A DNA stretch of 64,000 bases, from contig OX597837.1 of the NCBI GenBank assembly GCA_951406725.2, forward strand, positions 13,888,001 through 13,952,000. The letters are read 5' to 3'. This document shows, piece after piece, positions 26,301 to 39,608 of this stretch. Positions within the stretch are counted from its first letter, which is position 1; the number at the start of each line of letters is the position of its first letter. The stretch is from Octopus vulgaris. Taxonomy: Eukaryota. Made by a program: the position numbers and the translations under genes. Below the pieces are notes generated by a model. That model worked only from the letters and a program-made list of their open reading frames with translations. It was not told the DNA's origin and made no database searches.

Positions 26301-26461
26301 GACCTCAGTACTCATGTTTCTTCTTTAAGTCTGGCACTTATTTTATCAGTCTCTTTTGCCAATTGTTGAACTGCTAAGTTATTGGAACATAAACCAATAT
26401 CAGTATCAGTTATCAAATGGTGAGGGTGCAAACAAACACAGACACAAAGACAAACACATAC

Positions 26462-26493
<32 letters not shown>

Positions 26494-27299
26494 TACACAC
26501 ATGCACACACACACACACATGCATGTGCATACCTACGTACGATGGGTTTCCACAAAGTTTCCATCTACCAAATTCACTCACAAGTCATGTGGTCAGACCG
26601 GGGCTGTGGGTGAAGACACTTGCCTAAGGTGTTACACAGTGGGCATGACAGTGAAACCACATGGTTGCAAATTGAGCTTCTTATAACCACACAGACCTTA
26701 ACTGATTTTAACACCTTAACATGTTAAAGCTTATGCTTAAATTCTATATCTACAACATTGTGAATTGGTGTATTTAAAGGGTGTGGCACTTAAGGCAGCC
26801 CTTCAGTTTTTGCACCCCATTCCTGGTCCTTGTACCTATACAGGCTTATACAGTAAAACTAAAACTGCTGCCTCTGTAAAAGCGTTGCTAGGAGAGACTG
26901 TTCTCACTAAGCTATGCTACAACAATTATAGTTTTTTTAAAAATATTATTTATTAAAGAAGTTACAAACAATTCAGCACAGATCAAAACTTTCATCCATC
27001 TTTCTATTTTCTCTGCCTACAATTCTTAGGAGGATCATAAGGGTAAAGCCCTGTGTGTGTGTGTTAGTCTCCTTTTCACTAACTGACAACTGGTGTTGGT
27101 TTGTTTACGTCCCTGTGACTTAGTGGTTTGTCAAAAGAGACTGATAGAATGAGTACTTGATTTTTAAAAAAAGCGTATTTGGGTCAACTTGTTTAACTTA
27201 GCCCTTCAAAGAGGTGCTCCAGCATGGCCACAATCCAATGACTGAAACAAATAAAAGGATAAAAACAGTTTTAAAAAATTACAAACAAAGAATTATGTA

Positions 27300-28259
27300 T
27301 AATCTTTTTTTTTATTTCCTACTCACCAACAAAAAAATAAACCTCTTCTGATCTTGTTGGTACAATAATTCCATAGCAGGCTACATATAGTTTGTGAGTA
27401 CAAGTTTAAAAACTACAAAATTAATATACTGCAAAATAACAATTTTGGGTACATGACATCAATTAAAGGTTAGGTGTGTATAATGGGTTGTGATTTTATA
27501 CATACAGGAGTCAATTATGTAATTTATGTTATAAAAAATGTGTAATAGAAAATGTACATATATATATACGTTTATGTTTTTTAAAGTCAATTGGCTAATT
27601 TGTGCTGAAGTAAGCATTTGAACATATTTTCTTGTTTCTAAGGTCAATGTGTACAAATAGATAATAGTTGAGAGAAAAATGTAGATAATGGAAGTCTTTT
27701 CAAATTGGTGGAAATTAACTGTTCAAAAAATGATTTCTCATTCAGCCACAATGCCTCTTGGGATTTGCGATGGCCAATTCTGTTCTGTGGAGACAAAACA
27801 AAGAGCTAATAACTGACAAAGAGATAAGAATAGGGAGAGCAAGGGAGAAGGTGGGGAGCAAAATAGCCAGCGTATGGTTGTGTGGTTGCTGCCAAGTATA
27901 AACGGGAAGAGGGAGAAAAATGATTCAGTTTCTATTTAAATAGCAAAAATTGCTGATAGAACACTGGTGTTTCATTGGTCAAAAAGACAGACAGGTGACA
28001 AATGATGCAATGCTTAAAATGTCACCTGAATCGAGGTCATTGCAGTCTGTTATCAGTTGTTCTTGTTTTCTGGTTCTTTGAAAGAATCAGCTTGTTTTTC
28101 AGTTGAGTCTTGCTCCGGAGTAAAAACTGGTCAGGTTCATTAAGGTTTTCTATCAAACGAACAATAACAAAAATATGATTAACAGAACGTGAAATTTTGT
28201 TGAAGTAGAAAAGAGATATATTAATTACTGAAGCAGAGCTAACGACCCAAGTTAAATGC
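27300..28259 (-). other. Candidate terminal non-coding (3'-UTR) exon of the Sec14-spectrin gene
   Basis: ttttttccag acceptor at 28261-28260, about 1 kb of unique AT-rich non-repetitive sequence, and minus-strand AATAAA at 27316-27311 (another at 26954-26949). Inference only. Confidence 0.4.
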
Positions 28260-28457
28260 CTGGAAAAAATTATTCTTTTTTTTTTTTTTTTTTTTTCAAT
28301 TTCATTCAATTTTTTATCATTGCTTAGGATCAGTGTGGGCCGAACTTGTCTCGTGTACTATTATGGCTTTGTGCCATTTTATTTAGATATAACGCTTTGC
28401 TTATCATTGATAAGCAAACATAAAGAATAATGTGTGGGAACCCACACACAAACACAC

Positions 28458-28517
<60 letters not shown>

Positions 28518-28994
28518 ATATATATGTATATATATATATATGTATATATATGTATGTATGTATTATATTAATCTCCTAATGAATAGCCTTTCAACTTCAT
28601 TATTAATAACTGTTAATTCATCAAAGCTAACACTGAATTGATGTTTTATGACTGACTGCTAGCTTTGTCTTTTTGTTTTGTTTTACACTTTGATTTTGGT
28701 ATTATTTTAATGAGCTTCATTCACATTCACATTCTTTGCCGCTGTCTAATTTGCCGTTCTGCAGAGTATTTTCAAAAAAACAAACCAGTAATGATCATCG
28801 TGTGAATGAGGATTTTGAACAAATGGAGAAAAGAGAGAAAAACCTTTCGTTCTACATTTATCATGTTGAGCACTTTCTGTTTGACGAGCACTTTCTGTCA
28901 CTGTTAGCAGATTTTATTCATTGTAAGTACGTATGCACGCATGTATGTATATATGTATGTATGTATGTGTGTGTATTTATGTATCTGTCGGGCA

Positions 28995-29220
28995 AGTGGA
29001 AGAGAGTGTAATTCGGCAGGAGGACTTAAATGACATGCAAAGGTACATGAAGCCCAGTTACAACTACAGCCGGCTTTTTACCGGCAAAGGTTTTAGTTGC
29101 CAATTTTGTACAAGACATTGTAGATCTTTAGCTGGGCTAAAAAGTCACATTCGATCACAGCACCAATAACAGTTAAGCTTCGTGCAATGGCCATACTCAA
29201 TAACGAGGGGCAGCCTTCAT
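28995..29220 (+). mobile_element. RTE-clade LINE 3' end
   Basis: C-terminal FSCQFCTRHCRSLAGLKSHIRSQH zinc-finger-like motif, short 3' UTR, then microsatellite. Confidence 0.7.
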
Positions 29221-29319
29221 GCATATATGTGTATGTATGTATGCATGTATGTATGTGTATGTATGTATGTATGTGTGTATGTATGTATGCTTGTATGATT
29301 GTGTATGTATGTGTGTGTA

Positions 29320-29697
29320 CACTTGCGTCAGAAATTAATTAGCACTTCTCAAATTTCTACATTAAATAGGTTAAATCAATTAACCTTATGAGCTGTTCAA
29401 AACGTCCTACGCAATGAGAAAACTTAGTATGGTGTGATTTCGGTCCTTGCGAGGCGCTACCTATATCTATTAAACAAAGGAAGATTTGTCTGCATCCGCA
29501 CTCCAAGTTGTTGCACTGCTATGTCAACATCATAAGGCTGTAGACTCTCAAACTGCTCTGCAAACAAAGTTACGTCATCGTTCTGTGCAACAGTGAACTC
29601 GCAACAAAGCAATAGTTCGAGATATGGCCACTAGGTGACAGCACATACCTTGAGTGAAGAGCAAATCAAGGGTGCTAATTAATTTCTGACGGTAGTG
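29320..29697. mobile_element. Tc1/mariner-type MITE (378 bp)
   Basis: 26-bp TIRs CACTTGCGTCAGAAATTAATTAGCAC / GTGCTAATTAATTTCTGACGGTAGTG with TA on both sides. Confidence 0.88.
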
Positions 29698-29788
29698 TAT
29701 GTGTGTATGTATGTATGTACACATGCATGCATGTATGGCCTTTCATGATACCCTTAAAGCTAGGAATATTTCAGCACCCCCTCATGTG

Positions 29789-29871
<83 letters not shown>

Positions 29872-30700
29872 TCATTATTATCATCGCTTAATGTCTGCTT
29901 TCCATGCTAGCATGAACGATTTGACTGAGGGCTGGTGAGCCAGATGGCTGCACCAGGCTCTAATCTGATCTGGCAGAGTTTCTACAGCTGGATGCCCTTT
30001 CTAATGCCAACCACTCCGAGAGTGTAGTATATATATATATATATACACACACATACACATACACGCATACACACATGCACAACACACACACACACACTCA
30101 CACACACGAAAATTTCAGTTTCTGTTTACCAAATCTACTCACAAGACTTTGGTTGGCCCAGGGCTATTGTACAAAGATGCCTGCCCAAGGTGCCACACGG
30201 TGGGACTGAAATCAAATTGCTAGTGTTAGGAACATAAATTGTTCATAAGGTTTGGTGGAAGATTTTAATTCAGAACTTATGAAAACAAGACATTTGTACT
30301 ACAGAGCCAGAGGCAGTGTCAGGTGGGTTAGTAATGAAAGGGTTAATCACGGAGTCATGTCTGTGCCTGTTATATGCATATGTATAAAATGTTAAAACCC
30401 TGTTACTGGTTGCATGGATCTACCCTTAGTTAGTAAGTACTCAATTATCTGAACACGCAATATCTCAGGCTTGGTGGTTTGCCGTGCTTGAGAAGACTTG
30501 TCAAGCCAAGTGAGACTATGATCATGGCTGATTCTGGTGGCACATAAAAGCACCCGTGACGGTGATGCATAGGAGGCAGTCATTACACTCTTGGAGTGGT
30601 TGGGGCAGTTCTCCGGCTTACCAGTTCTAGTCGAACCCATGCCAGCATCGAAAGCCAACACTAAATGATAATGATGATAACGATGATATATATATATATA

Positions 30701-30932
30701 GGCGGCGAGCTGGCAGAATCGTTAGCACGCCGGGCGAAATGCGTAGCCGTATTTCGTCTGTCGTTACGTTGTGAGTTCAAATTCTGCCGAGGTCGACTTT
30801 GCCTTTCATCCTTTCGGGGTCGATTAAACAAGTACCAGTTACGCACTGGGGTCGATGTAATCGACTTAACCCTTTTGTCTGTCCTTGTTTGTCCCCTCTA
30901 TGTTTAGCCCCTTGTGGTCAATAAAGAAATAT
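30701..30932 (+). mobile_element. Full-length young SINE family B in (TA)n
   Basis: GGCGGCGAGCTGGCAGAATCGTTAGCACG head, CpG-rich, tail AATAAAGAAAT. Confidence 0.9.
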
Positions 30933-30949
30933 ATATATATACATATATA

Positions 30950-30999
<50 letters not shown>

Positions 31000-31820
31000 T
31001 ATATATCATCGTCATCATCATTGTCGTTTAACATCCGCTTTCCCTGCTGGCATGGGTTGGACGGTTTGACTGAGGACTGGGGAGCCAGAAGGCTACACGT
31101 GAGAAGATATGGAGATGATGATGCGAATAAACAAATGAAACAGCTTGGGGCTTGATTAACTGTCACAAATGCAAAGTTGCAGAAAGTGTACGGAGAGGAG
31201 TGTAAGAGCCACGCACAAATGTACAAATGGGTCAGACATTTATTTAGCCCCCAGGTAAGCACTGGTTGAGTAGACCTACAACCAAAGGAATTCTAGCCAA
31301 GACTACCCTGACATTTTTCCAGATAAGCATGTCTGGGACTATTCCATTATCCAGTGTATCTTCTCTATTTTAAAAACATTAAGTTTTGTTTCAAGAATAA
31401 TTTAGCTGCTATTTCTAGCAGATCGAATGACAGCAAAGCGGTTTCCCTTGTTGGTCTACTTGGGACTGTTGCATTTTGTGAAGTGTGGTTGCTGGGAAAT
31501 TCCAGAGGTGTCGACACATCACTTACAGGAAGTAGAGATGATTTTTTTACCTCATTTCCTTGTGAATTTGTTGGAGAGCTGTTAGTTCAAGGGAGACAAA
31601 TGTGATGAACGCGCTTACTGTTGTTTATGAATCTATGCTAGCATGGATATATATGCTGGCCGACTAGCTTGCTTCTTTCCATACTGTTTTTTTTTATCTC
31701 CTTCATTTCCTATAGCCATAGACAGCCTCGTAAGCTAAAGTTAAGCCCAGAGCGAGAGAGAGATAAGCCCCGATGCTTTGTACTCGGTCTCTCTGTTGAC
31801 TTTAAAGCTTAGCTGCTGAT

Positions 31821-31838
31821 GCACCACCACCACCACCA

Positions 31839-31870
<32 letters not shown>

Positions 31871-32045
31871 ACCACCACCACCACCACCACCGCCGCCGCC
31901 GCCGCCGCCGCCCGCCACCACCACCACCACCACCACCACCGCAGCCGCTGCTGCCGCCCGCCACCACCACCACCACTACTGCAACTGCAACTACTGCCAA
32001 CACTGCTGCTGCCACCTCTCCGCTTCCCCCCCCCACCGCCACCGT
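31821..32045. repeat. (CAC)n/(CGC)n compound trinucleotide repeat
   Basis: Seen directly. Confidence 0.92.
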
Positions 32046-32757
32046 TTTGATGCCTGCTTCTCAATGCTTGTGTGACAGCCACAGTCGTGTTTGCAACTCC
32101 CACACACTGTCAAGACAAAGAGAGACACACATACACACATTAACACTCTCACACGCAGCAAACACACATATACATACATACATACATATATATATATTCA
32201 TATACACAAAATATGTATTTATATATTTTATGTGAAGTCACATAGCTTAGTGGTTAGGGTTATACGGCTCATGATCGTAAGGTCATGAGTTCAATTCCTG
32301 GTGGTGCGTTGTGTCCTTGAGCAAGACACTTTATTTCACATTGCTCCAGTTCACTCAGCCGTGAAAAAGGAGCAGTGCTGATATTTCAAAGGGCCAGCCT
32401 TTTCACACACAAACACTTAGACACACACACACACACACACACACACACATTTGAAATTGCATCAGTTCAGCACTGAAAAATAGGCCACAGTTTATCACAT
32501 GACTTGCCCTGAATTCTGACCAATCATATTACAGCTGCAATCATTCGATCATATGATTTCAGATGGAAGCTTCCATGAGTTTCCTGCCGCAATATGGCCA
32601 TAAATATAGGAGCATGGAACAATCAGTGCAGAGATTGAAAAGACAGACAAATGCAGGATTCTTTGTTGGCTGCTCAACCTTGAGTTAAAACGAATCTCTT
32701 TGTTTACAAAGAACACAATATTCTCACTTTTGCAAGCACCAACGCAACACATTCTTT

Positions 32758-33160
32758 ATCATCATCATTGTTCGACTGTGGTTGAGACAATGGAATTTAC
32801 TATGTTACGCCAGACTTCATGGTCCATCATAGCATTACGGAGGTCCTGTTGCTGGATGCCTGTATCCCTGGAGATTACATCAGGGTAGGAGAGTGTGCGC
32901 CCTCTGGTATCGCGGGTAGATGGCTTCCAGAGGAGAAGAGTAGAAATTACCTCGTTTTCAGCTCTACAACAATGTCCAGCAAACTGGACTCTTCTACCTT
33001 TCACAAGAGATGATACATGTGGTAGTTTCCCATATATTTGTACTTTGGTTGGATGACGCTTAGGCAGAGATAATTTGAGCTCACATAAGGAGGTGAGTGT
33101 AAGTTCCATCCAACCGCCTCTCAAGCTTCTTTGATAAAGTCCAGGTTTCTGAGCCATATA
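32758..33160 (-). mobile_element. RTE-like LINE 3' fragment
   Basis: YGSETWTLSKKLERRLDGTYTHLL, then after a frameshift HPTKVQIYGKLPHVSSLVKGRRVQFAGHCCR...LLWKP...MMDHEVWRNIV, with a (TGA)n tail. Confidence 0.85.
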
Positions 33161-34269
33161 GAATTCTTTATTGTTGCTGCTTGCTAGCACATATATGTAG
33201 CTATTTAGTTCTTGACCAATATACATACATAACTCACTAATGGTAATCAGTGATTCAGCCTCTGGCGACTTACTATTGTAGTCATTATAAAGTTTATGCA
33301 TAAATAATTGGTTCCAATGAAAATTTCAAATGAACTTGATTTTAATATTGGTAAGAACATGCCACCTATCCAATTACCCATCTAACTAGAGTTACAAGTT
33401 TACACCTATCATATCTACTCACAAGGCTTTCGTTTGGCTAAGAGTTAAAGTAGAAGATACTTGCCCAAGGTGCCATGCAGTGGGACTGAACCTGAAACCA
33501 TGTGGTTGGAAAGCAAGCTTCTTACCACACAGCTACGCCTGAACCTATCACAGCCAAATCTGTTTAAAGTGTAAAATAGTTTTCCCACCCAAGATGGCAG
33601 TTGCAGTGAAGAAGCAGGCATAACAGACATGGGGGACCAAAATGTGAAACCAGGCTTCTACTAAGAGAACCTGAAGATTATGCAAAGACTGCATGAACCA
33701 GTTCTTTCTTCAGCCTGATTGTAATTAGGGCCCAGAAAATGGATTCTGTTTGAACTGAATGAAATTGACTTATTAATCTTTATCTTTTATCTTTTACTTG
33801 TCTTAGACATTAGACTGTGGCCATGCTGAAGAATTTTTAGTTGAATGAATCAACCCTGGAACTTTTTTTTAAGGCTGGTATTTATTCTATTGGTCTCTTT
33901 TTCTGAACTGCTAGGTTACAGGGAAGTTACTGACTTACTAATATTTAGCATATTTCTCAGATCACAAATTTTCATGACACACTCATAGAATTATCTTTGC
34001 TAATTAACATAAATTCTTTGTTAATTGTGGATTAATTTGTCTGTTTTAACCAATTTTATTCACCAGACTTGAACGGCATGCATCAGATGACTTACTTATT
34101 AAACCCCGGTAAAGATTTTACAGCTATATACACTTCTTGAAACTAATATTTTCAGGCAGTAAGTTAGAAATAGACTGATTTGTTGAACAGTGTACTTACC
34201 AAATTGCTAGAAATGCCATCTGCAATGTGGCAATTGTCAAATGAATTCAAAGAAAGTCAAGTTTGAATA

Positions 34270-34407
34270 TCAAATGAAATTGTCGAAATCTTGGCTTTCA
34301 CTTTTAGCAACAGAAGCAGAATCACTTGGCTGACTCAACAATTCATCCGGTTCGAAATCTTGATCAGTTTCTGTTTCTAATTCAGAATTAAGAAGTTGTT
34401 CTTGTTC
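34270..34407 (-). CDS. Last coding exon 12 (EQEQLLNSELETETDQDFEPDELL...SQDFDNFI*)
   Basis: ttcatttcag acceptor, 45 codons, then TGA at 34272-34270. It continues the acidic helix of exon 11. The exon probably extends as UTR to the donor at 34200. Confidence 0.78.
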   Translation of the reverse strand, partial: EQEQLLNSELETETDQDFEPDELLSQPSDSASVAKSESQDFDNFI

Positions 34408-34434
34408 CTGAAATGAATAAATATGTATGTAAAT

Positions 34435-35200
34435 GGATTACTTCGATATAACAATGGGCTCAAGAGACTTGGCCCAGGTCACAGGCCTTGTGAGCTTGTA
34501 TCTCCTCTCCCAAATTAAACAATATTTTCCCAATGTAACCGGCAGACTATACAGGGATGACACACTTCTTGCAGTAACTGGATTATCTTGACCTTCAGTG
34601 GAACGCACAAAGAAAGCCCTACATAAACTCTTTAAAAACTACAACCTAAGTATTTCCTTCGAAACTGGATGTTACTCTTAACTTAAACACTAATTTATTC
34701 CATCCCTTCCATAAATCCAACCAATCTTTACAATATATAAATGTCCTCTTTAATCACCCAAAACTTATCCTTAATAGCACAGTCACAGGTATAACAATCA
34801 TAATTTCAAACCTGTCTGCAAATGAAGAAATCTTTAATAGTCACGTCCCTCATTATAATCAGGCCCTCCAAATAAATGGCTTCCACAAAAAAATCCATTA
34901 TATCCATAATATGAAACTTAAAACTAAAATAGCACATTCCTTCCACAATACTGACACTGATTCTATGGCCAATTCACAAACTCAAATCAAAAAATATCCT
35001 CTAAACCCTATCGTGGTCTATAGTAGGTGAAGCTCCCCACTACAATACAAATACAGGTAAATGTAAATTATGTATAAAAGAGTCTTTAATATTATTTGCT
35101 TTCACAACTCCTCACTCTTAAATAGATTCTCTGACATTATTTACTCATCTAAGTATAAATACTTCTTGACTTCCATGCACTTTTCTAATTCTAAATAATC
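34435..35200 (+). mobile_element. Penelope-like element relic (RT + C-terminal part)
   Basis: FDITMGSRDLAQVTGLVSLYLL...RLYRDDTL, YINVLFNHP, NLSANEEIFN...YNQAL and YNTNTGKCKLCIKE match the MGSxD...YRDD-type PLE RT and the end of its GIY-YIG region. Confidence 0.8.
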
Positions 35201-35334
35201 CTAAAACGAGCCTCTAGACCCATTAAAACTTTAATCTAAAATAGAGCCATTCTGACAATCGATTTCTTATCCCTTTCTGAATAGATTATGTGTGTATATA
35301 TATGGAACTATGTGTGTGTATATATATATATGTG

Positions 35335-35637
35335 TGGAGGCGCAATGGCCCAGTGGTTAGGGCAGCGGACTCGCGGTCGGAGGATCGCAGTTTCGATTCC
35401 CAGACTGGGCGTTGTGAGTGTTTATTGAGCGAAAACACCTAAAGCTACACGAGGCTGTGGCAGGGTGTGGTGGCGAACCCTGCTGTACTCTTTTGCCACA
35501 TCTTTCTCTCACTCTTTCTTCTGTTGGCCTGCTCGCTTAGCCAGCGGGGTGGCGTCATTTGAAGGCTAAGACAATGGAAGCGCATTGTGACCAGCGATGT
35601 GTAACATCTGATAGCCTGGTCGGTCACAGTGATCACG

Positions 35638-35642
<5 letters not shown>
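35335..35642 (+). mobile_element. SINE family C (alternative tail)
   Basis: Collinear with 20728-21020. Confidence 0.88.
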
Positions 35643-35675
<33 letters not shown>

Positions 35676-35687
35676 GTGTGTGTATGC

Positions 35688-35725
<38 letters not shown>

Positions 35726-37024
35726 CATATGTGACACACACCTGAAATATCTAAACTGCCATTTACAAATATTATACAGAGGCTGTCCAACCCATGCTTC
35801 CCCATCCAACCCATGCTAGCATACACATATACAAACATACAAACATCTATATAAATACACAATTTTATCAATATATACACAGATACCCACACAAATAAAA
35901 ATATATATATCACAAATTTCAAATTTATTCCAAATATTATACTCAACCACTTTTCCACCACTTTTCCTTCTTAGTTTCCTAAAAACTCACAAACACAAAA
36001 CTCTCAAATTTCTTCCAATTTTCTGCAACCCAACCACGTCTCCTGTCACCTTGACCTTCTTCCCCACTCCTTAAACAAAACATCAAAACTCCACTACTTT
36101 GAAAAAAAACCCAACCCTATTTCTCATTCTGCTAACAACAATCTTAACCGCCCCCCCTCCCACTCATACTCCTTATCTGCTATTCTTTAATTCTTTAATA
36201 ACCATCCCTTTTTCATAAATTTAACCTTCAACTACTTACACATTACCCCCCCCCCTCTTACTACTATCCACCTTTCCACCTTTACTACTATCAGCAGCCT
36301 CATTGCTATCCTGAGATATATTTCCTCCATCCTCCTCCTCCTCCTGCTACTCTCTATTTAAATCCCCCCCCTCCAACTCGCCTTCCTAATAATTGTAGTT
36401 CTCTATAAAACCCATTTCTTTATTACCCACAAGGGGCTAAACATAGAAGGGACAAACAAGGACATACATAGGTATTACATCGACTCCAGTGCGTAACTGG
36501 TACTTAATTTATTGACCCCGAAACGATGAAAGGCAAAGTTGACCTCGGTGGAATTTGAACTCAGAACATAGTGGCAGACGAAATATGGCTATACATTTCG
36601 CCCGGCGTGCTAATGTTTCTGCCAGCTCACCGCCTTTATAAACCCATTCAATTTATAAAACCATTCAATTCTTAGTCTCCATCATGCCATCATTTCAAAT
36701 GTAAGATTTTAATACAAATTTTTCTTTTATCCCTGAAGAAGGTGAGATTATCCAATAATGGACCCTGATATCTGTCATATATCAGGACCACCAAGCCCCC
36801 AGAAATGGCTGTAGAACTTTTAAAACTTTACATATCTTATTTCTGATATCATTTTCCACACGCATTTCCATTTCTCTTTCAACTAAATCCATCTTTCTTT
36901 ATATGTAAACAGACGTACATAGTTTGTTTGTTGGTGCTTTACTTATCTAACAGCTCAAGTTCAAATCTCTCAAGCACTTCAAAGTGTTTCTATATAGAGA
37001 GAACATCTGTGTCTCTAAGCTATA

Positions 37025-37181
<157 letters not shown>

Positions 37182-37570
37182 ATACTAATACTATATTATA
37201 TATATATATGTATATATATATATCATCATTAAATGATGATGATGATATATATATATGAATATGCACACACACACACACACACATGTTATAATTTAGAACA
37301 AACAGTAAAAGGTTGTCATTGTAGTACTCAGAGTTTTGAATGTTGGACCGAAGAGCTACAATGCATTCTCGTCGGCCATTACTGGCAATAGGCACAATGG
37401 AAAACCGTTGAATAAAAGGCAAGTTACTCTAATAGGTAGAAAAAGGAAAAAAAGAAAAATGATAAAAAATACATGCAACCATATTCCACAAATTACAGAC
37501 ATAAACCTCCTGCGTTCACATCTACACACATACACACTCAGACTCATTCCTTTGTTGTTACTTATTATTA

Positions 37571-37605
<35 letters not shown>

Positions 37606-38750
37606 TATATATATATGTATGTATATATATTCTTTTATTTGTTTCAGTCATTTAACTGCGGCCATGCTGCAGCACCACCTTTAGTCGAGTAAATCAACCC
37701 CAGGACTTATTCTTTCTAAGCCTAATACTTATTCTATCGGTCTCTTTTGCCGAACCGCTAAGTTACGGGGACATAAACACACCAGCATCGGTTGTCAAGC
37801 GATGTTGGGGGGGACAAACACAGACACACAAACACACATACATATACATATACATAAGAATTAAAATCAAAATGAGGGTGAAAACTTGTATCCACTTTTA
37901 GTGGATTCCCTCTCATATATGTATACATATACATATATACGATGGGCTTCTTTCAGTTTCCATCTACCAAATCCACTCCCAAGGCTTTCAGGAGCCATGA
38001 AAAAATTGTGCTGCAAGGGTTCTTAGTTGGGGTCCATATATGCAGTATAGTAAATTGGGGTGCATGATAATTTTTCAGGGGCCATAAAGAAATTGTGCTT
38101 TAGACCAGTGCAATAAATTGGTCACATGTCCACAATGCAGAAAATATTTTAATAGTTTTTATACACTTCCTGATAATTTTTAATCATGAAAATATAATAG
38201 GATTTTTTGAATATTGAATGGTTATGAGGTGGATCCACCCAGGTAAAATAGGAGCCAAAGGGGTCCATACGTAAAAAAAATGGTTGAGTAACCCTGATAT
38301 AGATGAACCATACTTTAATCCAGATTAAAACATTATCAAGAACCAAAAGATCCTCTGACCTGAGATGCTTGGGGCAACCCTTGGTTTTCCCACACTCCAC
38401 CCTATACATCAGACACAAAAGTGCTGCCCCACCCTTAAAAGTACCACCCCATGATGGACTGATCCCATGCCCCACTTCCCCTTGCCTCTGCCCCCTTCCC
38501 CCTCCTCCTCCCACCTTGCCCCTGCGATTTTGTTTGACTATATCCCTGGAGGACCCAAAAGCAAGCAGCCACATGGCTTTGTGTCTTTTGCTTCACTAAT
38601 TGTCAGAAACATTGATATTTACAGCCGTAAACTGAAGATCACCATACAGCTGCCTGCGTTTTCGTTCTCCAGGGGCATAGTCAAACGATGCCACACCCAG
38701 TAAGCACACCCAGGAATTCAAAAGGTAAGAAGAAATTTCCAGAAGCTGAC

Positions 38751-38859
38751 CAGAAGAATTTTCTCTGTTCTCTCTAAAGTCGACTGAACTTGGTCTTGTT
38801 GTAGTTCTACCAAAATACTGTCAAATTCTTCATATTCATCAGATGATTCATTTTGGACC
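38751..38859 (-). CDS. Coding exon 11 (R-VQNESSDEYEEFDSILVELQQDQVQSTLERTEKILL)
   Basis: gtctttcag acceptor and CTG|GTCAGC donor; 109 nt, phase 2 to 0, joining exons 10 and 12 in frame. Confidence 0.78.
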
Positions 38860-39161
38860 CTGAAAGACAGTTTAAAGACGGTTAAAGAATATTTTACATT
38901 CTGTTATAAATTCCAGAGATCCTTTTATCTCTGTATCTTTCATTTGTCTTCAGTCATTGGACTTCAGCCATGCTGAGCACTTCTTGGAAAGGTTTTTGGC
39001 ATTCTGTCTGTCTTCATATTCTGAATTCAAATTCTGCCGGGGTCAGCTTTGCCTTTCATCCTTTCAGGGTCGATAAATTAAGTACCAGTCATATACTGGA
39101 GTTGATGTGATCAACTATCTTCCTCCCCACAAATTTCAGGCCTTGTGCTATAGCAGAAAAG

Positions 39162-39196
<35 letters not shown>

Positions 39197-39200
39197 CATT

Positions 39201-39359
39201 AGCAGGAGTGGCTGTGTGGTAAGTAGCTTGCTAACCAGCCCCATGTTTCCGGGTTCAGTCCCACTGTGTGGCATCTTGGGCAAGTGTTTTCTGCTATAGC
39301 CCCGGGCCGACCAATGCCTTGTGAGTGGATTTGGTAGACAGAAACTGAAAGAAGCCTGT

Positions 39360-39396
<37 letters not shown>

Positions 39397-39608
39397 ATGT
39401 GTTTGTCCCCCTAGCATTGCTTGACAACCGATGCTGGTGTGTTTATGTCCCCGTCACTTAGTGGTTCAGCAAAAGAGACCGATAGAATAAGTACTGGGTT
39501 TACAAAAGAATAAGTCTCGGGGTCGAGTTGCTCGATTAAAGGCGGTGCTCCAGCATGGCCGCAGTCAAATGACTGAAACAAGTAAAAGAGTAAAGAGTAA
39601 AAGAGAGA
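39201..39608 (+). mobile_element. Full-length SINE family A
   Basis: Head GCAGGAGTGGCTGTGTGG through tail GAAACAAGTAAAAGAG. Confidence 0.9.

Noticed and set aside
28933-29169. C2H2 zinc-finger gene exon
   Set aside because: A single CxxC...H...H at an ORF end followed by a short UTR and microsatellite is typical of RTE LINE C-termini.
34237-34272. Stop-codon recoding by A-to-I editing extending the protein
   Set aside because: A second in-frame TGA follows within 11 codons, before the splice donor.
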